From the NCBI RefSeq assembly GCF_006345805.1, contig NC_043004.1:44888001-44952000 (forward strand): 64,000 nt of DNA, read 5' to 3'. Below, piece by piece: positions 26,270 to 41,137 of this stretch. The notes under the pieces were generated by a model. The model ran no database searches. It was given only the letters and a program-made list of their open reading frames with translations, and had not been told where the DNA came from. This DNA comes from Octopus sinensis. Taxonomy: Eukaryota. The number at the start of each line of letters is the position of its first letter. Position 1 is the stretch's first letter. A program made the translations under genes and the position numbers.

Positions 26270-26410
26270 TTAGCAGTGATACTGAAGTAGTTTGCCATTG
26301 CCTTTCCTGGCTGATTGTTGGCCCACGAGTAGCTCATCCGCCCTTCGGCAGGTCTTGTTTTTTCATTCCACTGGGTGTTCAAAGACAAACAGGCTTCTGT
26401 AGAGAAGTCG
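26270..26410 (-). mobile_element. Probable RTE/BovB-like fragment
   Basis: Minus GGAAAGGCAATGGCAAACTACTTCAGTATC resembles the BovB/RTE motif GAAGGAAATGGCAACCCACTCCAGTATT (from memory). Confidence 0.4.
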
Positions 26411-26414
26411 GATC

Positions 26415-26848
26415 GGATCTTTTCGGTTTGAACGTCAGTTTTTAACATAACTTCTAGGTAACTAAAAAATTTTAAACTTCGTATACTGGTAGAATGTGTT
26501 TATAAAACATCTTTTTCTCTTGGCTTTATTGAGAAAATTCTATAGTTTGTAAGATATTTGTTGTTTTTATTCTTCAATTTCAACCAATCACTGATGTCTA
26601 TTGAGGTAAAAAAAAAATCAGGGCCGTATGAATATGTCCCTCGTTTAAGAAACAGATTGGGTTTATTTAGATTTGTGAAGAAAAAAAGATACCCTTCCCC
26701 CTCCCCTAACCCTAAACCTACGTAACCCTAACTAACCCTAATCCTAAAAGAGATTGAAATGCAATAGATCGATTCTAGGGTCATAATTATGGGTGACAAT
26801 TTCATATGACACCGCTAGAAAAAACTGCCGTTCAAACCGAAAAGATCC
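26415..26848. mobile_element. MITE (GGATC family)
   Basis: Both TIRs intact, extra GGATC at 26410-26414, internal CCCTAA repeats. Confidence 0.9.
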
Positions 26849-26979
26849 CATAATCATGTTACAAAGATTTGGCAGGACCGGGGCTATTGTAAAAGACCGA
26901 ACCTAAGACCAGATGGCTAAGAAGTAAGCCACAACCACACCTACGCCTATGTTTATTTTTGACTATTAACTCATGTTAA

Positions 26980-27192
26980 GGCGGTGAGCTAGCAGAGTTG
27001 CAAGTACGCCGGTCAAAATGCTTAACAGCATTTCGTCCGTCTTTACGTTCTGAGTTCAAATTCCACTGTAGTTGGCTTTGCTTTTCAGCCTATCGGGTCG
27101 ATAAAATAAGTACCAGTCAAGCACTGGGGTCGATGTAATCGACTAGCCCTCTCCCCCAAAGTTTCAGGTCTTGTGCCTATGATAGAAAGGAT
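26980..27192 (+). mobile_element. SINE family A, alternative tail
   Basis: Head, B box and core as in other copies. Confidence 0.85.
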
Positions 27193-27424
27193 TTTAAAAT
27201 TATGTTAAGGTAAATACGTTCAGCATGGTGGTTAAACTGTGACAACCACTTGACATTCTTACAAAGAGACACGTTGTATAAAACATATCGAATCCAAACT
27301 CCTATAAAACACACACACAAGTTTCTGAGAATTATACAGGGCAGATCTATGATAATTCAATCGATAGAGCTAACTGTTATAATACTGCAGTTTATTGTAT
27401 CGATTTAATAGTTATATGAAGTTA

Positions 27425-27797
27425 GGAGGCGCAATGGCCCAGTGGTTAGGGCAGCGGACTCGCGGTTTTGATTCCCAGACCGGGCGTTGTGAGTGTTTAT
27501 TGAGCGAAAACACCTAAAGCTCCACGAGGCTCCGGCAGGGGATGGTGGTGATCCCTGCTGTACTCTTTCACCACAACTTTCTCTCACTCTTACTTTCTGT
27601 TTCTGTTGTACCCGTATTTCAAAGGGCCGGCCTTGTCACTCTCTGTGTCACGCTGAATATCCCCGAGAACTACGTTAAGGGTACACGTGTCTGTGGAGTG
27701 CTCAGCCACTTACACGTTAATTTCACGAGCATGCTGTTCCGTTGATTCGGATCAACCGGAACCCTCGTCGTCGTAACCGACGGAGTGCTTCCATTCC
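27425..27797 (+). mobile_element. SINE family C with TSD
   Basis: TSD ATATGAAGTTA at 27414-27424 and 27798-27808. Confidence 0.9.
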
Positions 27798-28015
27798 ATA
27801 TGAAGTTAATTGCAACAGTATGATTTGAACCCGTGAGACGAAAGCAAATTTAGTTTAACAATTTATTGTTTCAGTAACTCTTCACTTGTAGCTGCACTTA
27901 TGTTGTTGGTTAAATGCAAATGTGTTGGCTATAACTCAACATCAGAAAGCACTCGTATTTGCACACATGCAGTCTCTCTTACTGTCTGTCTCGCTTTCTC
28001 TCTGTCTGTCTGTTT

Positions 28016-28048
<33 letters not shown>

Positions 28049-28280
28049 TCTCACTCTCTAGTTTTTATCTATTTTAATGCGGCCATACTGGGGTACCAAA
28101 TCGAAAAGTTTAGTCGACCCTGGTATTTATCTTTTGGCCGATGTAAGTACCGGAAGTACCGCATACATTTCAAGAAAGTGGTTTTTTTTATAAATGGGGG
28201 GTTAGGGTTAGGGTTAGGGGTGGGAGAAAAGGGTTTCTGTTATCTTCAGAAATGTAAACAAAGTCACGTGTGTACCTATA

Positions 28281-28513
28281 CCTATTTCTTTATTACCCAC
28301 AAGGGGCTAAACACAGAGGGGACAAACAAGGACATACATAGGTATTAAGTCGATTACATCGACCCCAGTGCATAACTGGTACTTTTATTTACCGACCCCG
28401 AATGGATGAAAGACAAAGTCGACCTCGGCGGAATTTGAACTCACAAGGTAACGCAGACGAAATACCGCGAAGCATTTCGCCCGGCGTGCTAACGTTTTTG
28501 CCAGCTCGTCGCC
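28281..28513 (-). mobile_element. SINE family A flanked by a 58-bp direct repeat
   Basis: 28225-28282 matches 28521-28578 with 2 mismatches. Confidence 0.9.
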
Positions 28514-28792
28514 TTGTTTCAGAAAAGGGTTTCTGTTATCTTCAGCAATGTAAACAAAGTCACGCGTGTACCTATACCGAAGCATCGCCTTATTTTTTTT
28601 ATAAGCTTGTTACTTATTATATAAAACTCTTACTGTCGAACCGCTAAGTTACGGAGACTTAAATACCGGTTTTCAAGCGTGGTGGTGGATAAACACAAAG
28701 ACACAACACACACACACATGTACATACATACACCTGCGCGCACACACACACACGTATGCATGTTTGTATGTACCTGTGTATGTGTTTGTATG

Positions 28793-28823
<31 letters not shown>

Positions 28824-29353
28824 TGTGTGTGTGTTCGACTCGCTTCTTTCAAGTTCCATCTACCAAATCCATCCACAAGGCATTGATTAGCCTGGAGGAC
28901 GCTTAGAAGAGGACGCTTAGAAGAGGACGCTTGCCGAAGGTGCCACGCAGTGGACTCGGAATCCGGAATTTTGTGGAAGTGAAGCAAACTTCTTATCATG
29001 TTTCTATTTTTATCTTTATTTTTATTTTACTTTCTATTAATAATTTCTTTGCTGTCATGGATTTAGGAAAAAGATATCGACCACAATACTAATGTTAGTC
29101 TGGTACTTACTTAATCAATCAACAATATCGAACTGCTTACTAAAAACGCTTTTTCATTGATCCAGCACCAGCTTTACATGTAAACACGTACACATGTCAA
29201 CAACAACAACAACACACACACCCACACATACACACTATATATATATAGATATATATATATATATAATATATATATTAATATATATATATATAATATATAT
29301 ATATATATTATATATATTATATATATATATATAATATATATATATATATTGTA

Positions 29354-29425
<72 letters not shown>

Positions 29426-29452
29426 ATATGCATATATATACTTTTTACTGCC

Positions 29453-29847
29453 TGGTGCAGGAGTAGCTTTCTTACAAACCACATGGTTCCGGGTTCAGTC
29501 CCACTGCGCGGCACCTTGGGCAAGTGTCTTCTGCTATAGCCTTGGGCCGACCAAAGCCTTGTGAGTGGATTTGGTAGACGGAAACTGAAAGAAGCCCGTC
29601 GTATATATGTATATATATATATATATATGTGTATGTATGTTTGTGTCTGTGTTTGTCCCTCTAGCATTGCTTGACAACCGATGCTGGTGTGTTTACGTCC
29701 CTGTCACTTAGCGGTTCGGCAAAAGTAACCGATAGAATAAGTACTGGGCTTACAAAGAATAAGTGCCGGGGTCGATTTGCTCGACTAAAGGTGGTGCTCC
29801 AGCATGGCCGCAGTCAAATGACTGAAACAAGTAAAAGAGTAAAGAGT
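29453..29847 (+). mobile_element. SINE family B
   Basis: Near-complete copy. More degenerate copies at about 28620-28998(-), 30700-31085(+), 43470-43820(+) and 61500-61830(+). Confidence 0.85.
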
Positions 29848-30326
29848 ATTATTTAACACACTCACCAGTTCGATTTCCATTCATTTAATTTATTTCTTCT
29901 AAAATTTTTTCGTTGCGTCTTGAAATCTTTTCAAGAGTCGTCAAATTCTTTTACAGTTGTTTCTGGGATATAAAAAAGATATAAAAATAAAGAGATATTT
30001 TAACATCCAACATATATCTTTATTGTTATTCTTATATTTATTCTTCCTATATCCCTCCCTTTACAAAATAACTTCTTATATTGAACTCTACTATTTCCTT
30101 CTATTTCCGTCCCTGGTGATGGGATATCCTTTATAACCCTGAAACAGCTGTAAGGCTACCCTTCTCTTTATAAAATGTCCTAGAAATTTCACACTGCCTT
30201 GGCTTTGTTGTTTTATATTATTTAACTTATGTATGTACACATACATACATATATATATATATGGAAATGTAAATTTTAATTGGATGTTTTTAATTTTAAT
30301 TAATTTCTCTTGATATGATTAAATAC

Positions 30327-30364
<38 letters not shown>

Positions 30365-30405
30365 GTATGTATGTATATGCGTGTTTGTGTGTGTGTATAC
30401 ATACA

Positions 30406-30565
<160 letters not shown>

Positions 30566-31163
30566 TCGAAACGTAAAAGACTTGTTCTATTTCTATTCCT
30601 GAGCGCCATACTAATACATTTGTTTGTTTGTACTCCACCTGCCTTCGTCTTTTGTTTATTTTCGTAAACCTTCCCGTTACATTTGTATATATATATGCAA
30701 CTTCCTAACAATGTGGTTCCGGGTGTAGTCCCATTGCATGGCACCTTGGGTTTCTTCTGCTATAGACTCGAGCCGATTGAAGCCTTGTGAGTGGATTTGG
30801 TAGGCGGCAACTGAAAGAACCCCGTTATATGAGAATGTGGATAGGTGGGAGTGGGTGAGAATGGGGGGGGGTCTTGTGTCTGTGATCGTTTCCCACCACC
30901 GCTTGACAACCGGCGTTGGTATGTTTACGTCTCCGTAATCAAGCGGTTAAGCGAAAGGAGCCGATAGAATAAGTATCAGGGTTAAAAAAAAAGTACTGGG
31001 TCGATTCATTCGATTAAAAATTGTTCAAGGCGGTGCCCCAGCATGGTCGGAGTTTAATGACTGAAACGCTGAAAAGAAAAACAGATAAAAAAGATATGTC
31101 CTATCTATCTATCTATCAATCTATTTTCTTTTTAATTTTTTTTTTTTATTTATTGTTCAATTT

Positions 31164-31391
31164 CGACGAGCTGGCAGAAACGTTAGCACGCCGGGCGAAA
31201 TGCGTAGTCGTATATCGTCTGCCGTTACGTTCTGAGTTCAAATTCCGCCGAGGTCGACTTTGCCTTTCATCCTTCCGGGGTCGATAAATTAAGTACCAGT
31301 TATGCACTGGGGTCGATGTAAACGACTTAATCCGTTTGTCTGTCCTTGTTTGTCCCCTCTATGTTTAACCCTTTGTGGGTAGTAAAGAATA
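31164..31391 (+). mobile_element. SINE family A
   Basis: Matches 2197-2427. A 5-prime-truncated copy lies at 41001-41125. Confidence 0.9.
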
Positions 31392-31416
31392 TATCTATCT
31401 ATCTATCAATCTATCT

Positions 31417-31503
<87 letters not shown>

Positions 31504-31754
31504 TACACACACACGCATACACACACACGCACACACAAACACACACACGCGAACACACACATACATGTATGTTTGCAACGGGCAGTTTTCTTCTATCAAC
31601 TTTCATTCACAGTGCATAACTCAAGCATTTGATATCAGATACTTGTCTAAAATCACTATCGTAGCTATGAAGAAGGGGTATAAGGGTCGGGTGTACTCCG
31701 CCCTGGGCGATGCTTTTATGGAACCGGTAATTTTGGGTCTGCTTTATAATCCTG

Positions 31755-32168
31755 GGTTTGAACGGCAGTTTTTTCTCGCGGTGTCATATGAAATTGTCAC
31801 CCATAATTATGACCCTAGTATCGATCTATTGCATTTCAATCTGTTTTAGGGCTAGGGTTGGTTGAGGTGGGAGGAAGGGTATCTTTTTTTCTTCACAAAT
31901 GTAAATAAACCCAATCTGTTTCTTAAACGAGGGACATATTCATACGGCACAGAATGCTTTTTTTGCCTCAATATACGGTCATTGATTGGTTGAAATTGCA
32001 GAAATTGAAGAAAAAAAAACAACAAATACCTTACAAACTATAGACTTTTCTCAATAAAGCCAAGAGAAAAAGATGTTTTATAAACACAATCTACCAGTAT
32101 ACGAAGTTTAAAATTTTTTAGTTACCTAGAAATTATGTTAAAAACTGCCGTTCAAACCGAAAAGATCC
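31755..32168. mobile_element. MITE (GGATC family), reverse orientation, 8-bp TSD
   Basis: TSD TAATCCTG at 31747-31754 and 32169-32176. The left TIR lacks 10 nt between two GG dinucleotides. Confidence 0.9.
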
Positions 32169-32597
32169 TAATCCTGTTTAGAGTTGCCAGGGTGGGTGCG
32201 ATAAACTCAAAGGCAGCCCCGCCCGGAACTCACGCTGTAGGTACCCGACTATCAACAAAATAACGAACAGTGGACTCAAACTCGGACCCACATGTTAGGC
32301 GAATGGAATTTCCGTCCCCTACACACTCATACCCATGCATTATTTTAATTTAATTTGATGAATATCTAAGTTGAACAAAGTTGGTGTTAGTTAGATTCGA
32401 ACTCACAAACCAGAAGCGCCTGTCTCTTGATACCGCAAAGCATTACACGTCTTCGCTGTCTGCCGTCGATGTAACCACCACACACACACACACACACAGA
32501 CACACACAAACACACACACACACACGTGCGCGCGCATTTGCTCTTATTTATCTTAGAATAACGACTTATATTTCCTTGATGCTGTGGTGTTTACTGT

Positions 32598-32810
32598 TTA
32601 CTCTCTTTTACTTATTTCAGTCATTTGACTGCGGCCATGCTGGAGCACCGCCTTTAATCGAGCAACTCGACCCCGGGACTTATTCTTTTGTAAGCTCAGT
32701 ACTTATTCTATCGGTCTCTTTTGCCGAACCGCTAAGTGACGGGGACATAAACACACCAGCATCGGTTGTCAAGCAATGCTAGGGGGACAAACACAGATAC
32801 ACAAACACAG

Positions 32811-32855
<45 letters not shown>

Positions 32856-33018
32856 TACGACGGGCTTCTTTCAGTTTCCGTCTACCAAATCCACTCACAA
32901 GGCTTTGGTCGGCCCGAGGCTATAGTAGAAGACACCTGCCCAAGGTGCCACGCAGTGGGACTGAACCCGGAACCATGTGATTGGTAAACAAGCTACTTAC
33001 CACACAGCCACTCCTGCG
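32598..33018 (-). mobile_element. SINE family B, best-preserved copy
   Basis: Complete head, CORE-like block, (TA) spacer and tail. Confidence 0.9.
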
Positions 33019-33113
33019 TTTATGGTACTTTTGTTTAGTCGCTTAGCCCAAGATCAGTCCTGATCGAGCAAGCTTACGATAAAACGAATTCCAGCCGTGA
33101 CCATTCCGTTTTC

Positions 33114-33150
<37 letters not shown>

Positions 33151-34123
33151 TTATTATGCCGGACATGCACTCTGGACCACTTTAATCAAAGTGTTCAGAA
33201 TTTTAAGATAGTTAAAACTTGATTCGAAGGATATTAAGCTCCTGTTTCTAACATATCAATCGGCCCCCATAAAGTCTCTCGCTTCGTCTCATGAAATTCC
33301 TGTTATTGTTGTTGTTGATATGATTTAGCCCTGCATTAGCGCTCACATTGCATAACAATGATCAGAAGTATTCCAGCTGTAATCTTCCTTTTTCCAAAAT
33401 GCATCGGTTTTATTAAGAATGTTCATTCTTTTTTTTTTTTTTCTTTTTTGAAAACGGCATGATATGATTTGCGACTGATTTAGCTGCTATTTTTAGAAGG
33501 GCGAGTGACCGCGAAGAAACTCGTATTCAGAGTAAATATATGACACGAAGCAGACTCGGCTGCGATTCGAAACAGCATCGCTTAACTCATAATGCGCACA
33601 TACACAAATAATATACAAATATATAATGCATACATACGTATAGACACATACACTTGTGCACACAGACGTATGTAGACACGCTTCTATGCACACACGCACA
33701 CACACACACGTGTGTGTGAGCTTCTGTGTCTACCTTAACATATACATATATGTGGATAGATTCTTCGTATATCTAAAAAGGTTGCGATTTGGGACGTTAT
33801 AACATTCACACGTTTAGCTGTTAGATTAGCGTTTCAAATCAATTCAAATGGTTTTCACCGCGAATCGAAACCATATCGTCCCGATTGACTTATCAGTGGT
33901 TTACTTTTTTTTTTTACCGTGTGATACTAAGGCGCTCTAGCAACTCTCAGCCGTAGAGTCACTCAGTTACTTTTGCCGCTAATAAATAGATAAATAAATA
34001 AATTTATATATATAATATATAACATATATACACACGCACATACATGTCGACAGTCAACGATATATATTCAAGGAGCTATCTATCTGTCTGTCTATCTATC
34101 TATCTATCTCTATATCTACATAC

Positions 34124-34159
<36 letters not shown>

Positions 34160-35915
34160 GTACTGTGTGTGCATGTTTTTATGTATACGCACACACGTTG
34201 GGGTACCGCCTTTCTTACCGTAGTTTCTTTCTCTTTTCCTCTCTCTGTCTCCCTCTCTTTCTCTGTCTATGTCAATCCCTTACTCTAACTACCCCTCCAG
34301 TTCCCTCTCTTTACATTGTACTCACTTTCTCTCTTTACTTTCTTTCTATCTGCGTTCCCGCTATATTTTCTGTTACTCTACCCGCACCTCCACTTACAGT
34401 GGCACTCTTTCACTCACTCGCACACTCAGTCATCACTTTCTCTCTCTTTCTTTCGTTCATTCACTCAACACATCGCACACACACCCATACAAACACAAAC
34501 ACACAATCACACACACACCCATACTAACACAAACATACACGCACACACACTCACACACCCATACTAACACAAACACACACACGCACACACACACACACAC
34601 CCATACTAACACAAACATACACGCACACACACACACTCACACATCCATACTAACATAAACACACACACACACTCACACATCCATACAAACACAAACACAC
34701 ACACAATCACACATCCATACTAACACAAACACACGCACACACACACACACACTTACATATACACTTACATATACACCAGACACTCACACATTTTTATATA
34801 CAGTGAGAGAGAGAAAGAGAGAGAGAGAGGGTAGAAATTATACGTATGTGAGTGTACGTGTTTCCTCCTCCTCCCCCTCTATCCCCACTCTCTATCTCAC
34901 TCCTCTCTCTCTCTCTCCCTCACACTACTTCCATCAGAAGGTGTTACCTTGGTTGATATTGATGCAATGTAAAAGAGATGTGAGCTGATGGTGTTGTGTT
35001 GTGTTTGCTGGTGTTATGGTTATCATTATTATTATTAGTATTATTTTATTATAACAAGAACAGAGGCTTTTTTTCTTTCCTTTTTTTTTTCTTCTTCTTT
35101 CTTTGTTTTAGTTTGATAACTGACTGATAAGTGTTGTGGTGGTCTACTCCTTGGCTTTCTTTTCTTCTTCGGCTTCTGCTGCTATACTATTATTACTACT
35201 ACTACTTTTAAAGCCTGCTTTTTACTTCTGTGGCTTGTTTACACGGCACAACAACCACAAAACATCACACATTACGGAATAATATTATATCGTATCATAT
35301 AAGCTTTTTAGTGTAGTGTAAAATACACTACACATAGTTTACGAAAGATTTACTAAAGGAGGAAACATACATATATATACATATATATATATTATATGCA
35401 AGATACACCAGCCACATAATACAAAAACCAGATTTATATGGATTTATCTATCACAGCAAGAGATCTCTTGTAACTACTATCACTACTACTTATATATATA
35501 TACATATACATATATATATACATATATATATATATATATGTATGCTCACCTTTCAAAAGGCCTGGTTTCTATGGATTAATACAAACAAAAAAAGCACATT
35601 TTAAAGAACGAGGTTTTTTTTAATTATATATATATATATATATATATGGATTTATCATCTTATCAACACAGTGAGATACCACCAAGAAACAGTTGACATA
35701 ATATTATTATTATACTGATATATATATAGTATTAATATATAATATTATATAATATATATATATATTTATGTTTGTTTATTGTGAGATCTTATTGCTGACT
35801 TCTACCTACCATGTCACAACAATTATTTAAACAATATCAACACGACCACCACTATTTAAAACGTGGTATTATGGAGATATAAGAAGTTAAGGTATGTACC
35901 AAATAAATACTCTGT

Positions 35916-35955
<40 letters not shown>

Positions 35956-36158
35956 TCTTTTGCGGTAAAAAAAAAAGCAACAAAAAAACTTGAGGTGATT
36001 GTTATTGCAGCGGTTAATAAATACAGCGGTTATTGCATGCATACACACATACATGCGTCTGTATGCGCACACACACACACATATATATATACATACATAC
36101 ACACATATATATATATACATACATACATACACACTCACATATATATATACATACACAC

Positions 36159-36189
<31 letters not shown>

Positions 36190-37028
36190 TATATACATAC
36201 ATACACATATATATACATACACATACATACACATATATATACATACACACACACACACATATATATACATACATACACACACATATATATATATACATAC
36301 ATACACACACACACATATATATACATCATACACACACACACACATTTATATACAGAAGTGTATGCATTCATGTTTGAATTTATTTACAAGCGAGAAGGAG
36401 AGTACTCCATCCTGATGCCCTATGATTAAACTATTATATCACTCAAACTGGATTAAGATTAAGCTGTCTTGCTATTCCGAGTTATGCAGGGTTTTTTTGT
36501 CTAATTTGTGTGTGTGTGTGTGTAGACGTGCACACGCGCTCACTCATACACACACACATGCTTGAATTGAAAAACATGAAGTAAAAGTACTCCATACTTA
36601 AATCATTCATTATAATATAGAAGTTGTGATATTACCCGGCTGCTCCAAGTTTCACGTTTCGCCACACACACATATGCATACATATACACATACATATTCA
36701 CACACACACATGCATATACATATATATACACACATTCTCTCAAAGACTTAAAACTTCACTAATTGTGACTCTGTGTTTACACGTTTTCATCGATTTCTTA
36801 AAAGCAATAAAAATGGGTTAAGTTGTTGTTGCCACCAACGAAATCAGGAGTACTCAATACATATATAAGAGTAAAACATTGAGGCTATACGGTTATAATT
36901 GTATTTTATCTGCTGTAAATGAAGAAGTAAAGCGGGGTTTCTGCTCCTGTTTCTAGCAAAACTGGTTCCATCTAGTACCCTTATTTATTATATATTTGAC
37001 AGATTATTAACGGACATCCTAATAAACC

Positions 37029-37530
37029 CCACAAATCGCACGAATAAGACTGAAGGTAAATCCGAACCAGTGTGGAAGAACACACCGCGTCTTCGGTCGG
37101 CATGCTAGAAATAGCAGTCAGTTTCATCTCATATCAAATTGTATTGATTTCATCCCACAAATCGCACGAACAAAATTAACGGTAAATCCGAACCTACAAT
37201 GGAAGAACACACTGCGTCTTTGGTCGGCATGCTAGAAATAGCAGTCAAATATCTTTCGCATTAAATTGTACATGATTCCCCCCCCCTTTTGTATCGCACA
37301 AAAGAATTTAAAGGTAAATCAAATATACGTAGAAGAAAGAATACACCACGTCTTCGGTCAGCATGCTAGAAATCGCAGTCAAATTTCTCCCCATCAAATT
37401 GTTCTCTTATATTTTCCACAAATCCCGCAAATGAATTTAAAGGTAGATCGATCCTACATGGAAGACCGAACGCTCTCCATCTTCAGTCGGCATGCTAGAT
37501 ATAACAGTCAAAATCTCCCTCATAGAATTA
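37029..37530 (+). repeat. Four diverged tandem units of ~126-132 bp
   Basis: Each unit has AAGGTAAATC..GGAAGAACAC..GTCTTCGGTCGGCATGCTAGAAATAGCAGTCA variants. A solo end fragment lies at about 39082-39124. Confidence 0.85.
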
Positions 37531-38033
37531 TAACTGTTATTTCTTTGTTTTAAAGCAAGTAGGTATTTGATTATGTTGCCTTACATTCATACTGTCTAGA
37601 AATAAAACGAGTAAAACAAGAAAAAAGCAAAAAAAAAGCGGAATGGTCGTGTCTGGAACGTCTTTAATTCATCATTGACCTGGGGGGTGGGTGTTTAATT
37701 AACGTATAATTACAACTACAGTAATGAAATTAATGTCAGTATTAGTTAGTAATTAGTGTGAGATTAGAATATATTAAAAATAGTCATTAAATATCTGTAA
37801 TCAGTGATGAAAAGACTAAGATTTAGATTAGGTTACTTATAATCAAATCTATTCAGGTGCGTTGTGTGTGATCTGTTCATTCGATTAAGTTCACCGATTT
37901 AATTATTCTCCCACACACTTAAAACATAAGACGACTGTGTTCGGTGTGTGTGTGTGTGTGAGAGAACGCGCGCATACATGTATCGCTTATATATGCGTTT
38001 ACATTCCTATGTACGTATGTGTGTGTGTATATG

Positions 38034-38076
<43 letters not shown>

Positions 38077-38129
38077 GAGCATACTTAGATTTATACATAT
38101 CTCTCGATATATACACACACACAATACAT

Positions 38130-38168
38130 GCCTATATATTTAAACGTATATATATATATGTATATGCG

Positions 38169-38204
<36 letters not shown>

Positions 38205-39012
38205 TATGTGCATATATATATATTGTGTGTGTATGTGTATATATATATGTGTGTGTGTGTATATGTATATATATATATGTATATATATGTATATGTATAT
38301 ATGTGTATATACATATGTGTGTATATATATATGTATATATGTGTGTATATATATATGTATATATGTGTGTATATATATATGTATATATGTGTGTATATAT
38401 ATATGTATATATGTGTGTATATATATATGTATATATGTGTGTATATATATATGTATATATGTGTGTATATATATATGTATATATGTGTATATATATATGT
38501 GTGTATATATATGTGTATATATATATATGTGTGTATATATATGTATATATTTGTATGTGTATATACATATGTATATATACATATGTATATATGTGTATAT
38601 ATATGTATACATATGTATATATATATATATGTATATATATGTATGTATATATGTATATATATGTATATATGTGTATATATATGTATATGTATATATGTGT
38701 ATATATATATGTATATATGTGTATATATATATGTATATGTATGTATATATATGTATATACGTATATGTATGTATATATATGTATATACGTATATGTATGT
38801 ATTTATATGTATATATATGTATGTATTTATATGTATATGTATGTATATATATGTATATACGTATATGTATGTATTTATATGTATATATATGTATGTATTT
38901 ATATGTATATATATGTATGTATTTATATGTATATATATGTATGTATTTATATGTATATATATGTATGTATTTATATGTATATATATATACATATATATAT
39001 GTACATATATAT
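38130..39012. repeat. Compound (TA/TG)n array with ~24-bp subunits
   Basis: About 880 bp of TATG-type sequence. It is the source of all the long YI-rich ORFs here. Confidence 0.95.
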
Positions 39013-39121
39013 ATTTCGTTTTTGGATTTGGTTTACAAGATTCTTTATATGAGTTCGTGTGTTGAAGCATATTCTGTTGTGTCTAGAAATAGCAGTCAAA
39101 TATCTTTCACATTAAATTGTA

Positions 39122-39163
<42 letters not shown>

Positions 39164-39353
39164 TATATTATATGTGATTGAAGCATATAGGTGTTTAGTA
39201 CACCTTTGAGTCAGAAGTAAGTCTGATATATTTGTGTGTAATGCAAATACATTACTCTCAATTTATGTATAGCCATATAATGTATATGTGCCCAGTGTTT
39301 TTATAAACATGCGTTTGTAATCGCGCCCGCACACACATACACGTGGATGTGTT

Positions 39354-39405
<52 letters not shown>

Positions 39406-40359
39406 TGTGTGCGTATTTATATATATATATATATGCGTGTGTACGTATTTATATATATATATGCGTGTGTGCGTATTTATATATATATGCGTGTGCGCGT
39501 TTTTATATATAATATAATATATATACCAACAAATATATATATGCATGTGTGCGTATTTATATATAATACAATATTATATATATATATATAATAATATATA
39601 TATATATATATATACATATATATATAAACACGCACACACACATATATAAGCAAGTGCTCGACTGCAATCCTTACGGTATTTATTGATAGCAGATGGATAC
39701 TCTTTCCTAGTTTTGTCAAATTTTTATGGGTTATGTGTTTTTTCTTCAATTTTATTTGACTGAAATATTTATATTACCTCTAGTATTACTATACTTCAGC
39801 GGTTCATTACTTGTTGGGGATGCGTATAGCTATATACACACACGTATATCTGTACACACATACACACAGGTAGTTGGTCACATGTATCTATCGTCTGCTT
39901 GATGTCAGATATCGTTTGGCTAAAGTGTTCATATAATGTATACACATGCGAGTGTATAAAAAAGTATCTATATATTTATATACACAGGAAATATATATAT
40001 ATATATATTCACTCTGTGATATATATATGTTAACATACACTTTTGAAGCTATCAAAGGTTAGCGATGTACATACATACACACGTGTTTAAAAGCTACACA
40101 TATGCGCGCGCGCACACACACTGATGCATGCATAGTGTGTGTGTGAAAGTGTTGGCGGCTAAACACGTATGCGTATATATATCTCTAACCCCTAATGAAT
40201 TACAAGGTAGGTTATATTAAGCTATATAACAATGTGTTTGTGTGTATATGTATGTGTATATAAGCCTGTGCATGTCTTTATCCTTTATATATGTATGTAT
40301 ATTTCATGACTGTATTCTGAATGCACGTGCGTACACAAACATATATATAGATACACATA

Positions 40360-40402
<43 letters not shown>

Positions 40403-40958
40403 ATATATACTTGTACACATACATATATTACATATATATATTCAAACATACATATATGCACACGTACATAGATATAAATATATATATATATTCAGATGTA
40501 TATATAGATAGGTATATTCAGATGTGTGTGTGTATATATATTATATATTATATATACACGCACACACTGTATACACATATACACGTACATTATATGGAGA
40601 GAAAGGCAAAGAGAGAGAGAGGGGAAGATGTGTGCGTGTGTATAAAAATGTACGCGTGTATATAGTTATATATATCATCAAAGAATAATATATTGCTGAA
40701 ATACGGCAATACTAGTCGTGATATGGATATTTCAGTCAAATAAAATTGGAAGTGAAACTCATAAACGTCAAATATGTATCGAAACTAGGGAAGGGTATCC
40801 ATTTGCTTTGGTGTGTGCACCCGTAAATCTGTTAAGGATTGCAGACGGAACAATTGCCTATACACATACATAAATGAATATACGCACACACACACACTCA
40901 CGTACACATATACACATATACGCATGCAGATATATATCTATATACACACATGCACATA

Positions 40959-41004
<46 letters not shown>

Positions 41005-41137
41005 CTTTCGGGGTCGATAAATTAAGTACCAGTTATGCAATGAGGTCAATGTAATCGACTTAATCTCTTTGTCTGTCCTTGTTTGTCCCCTCTGTCTTTA
41101 GCCCCTTGTGGGTATTAAAGAAATATATATATATATA

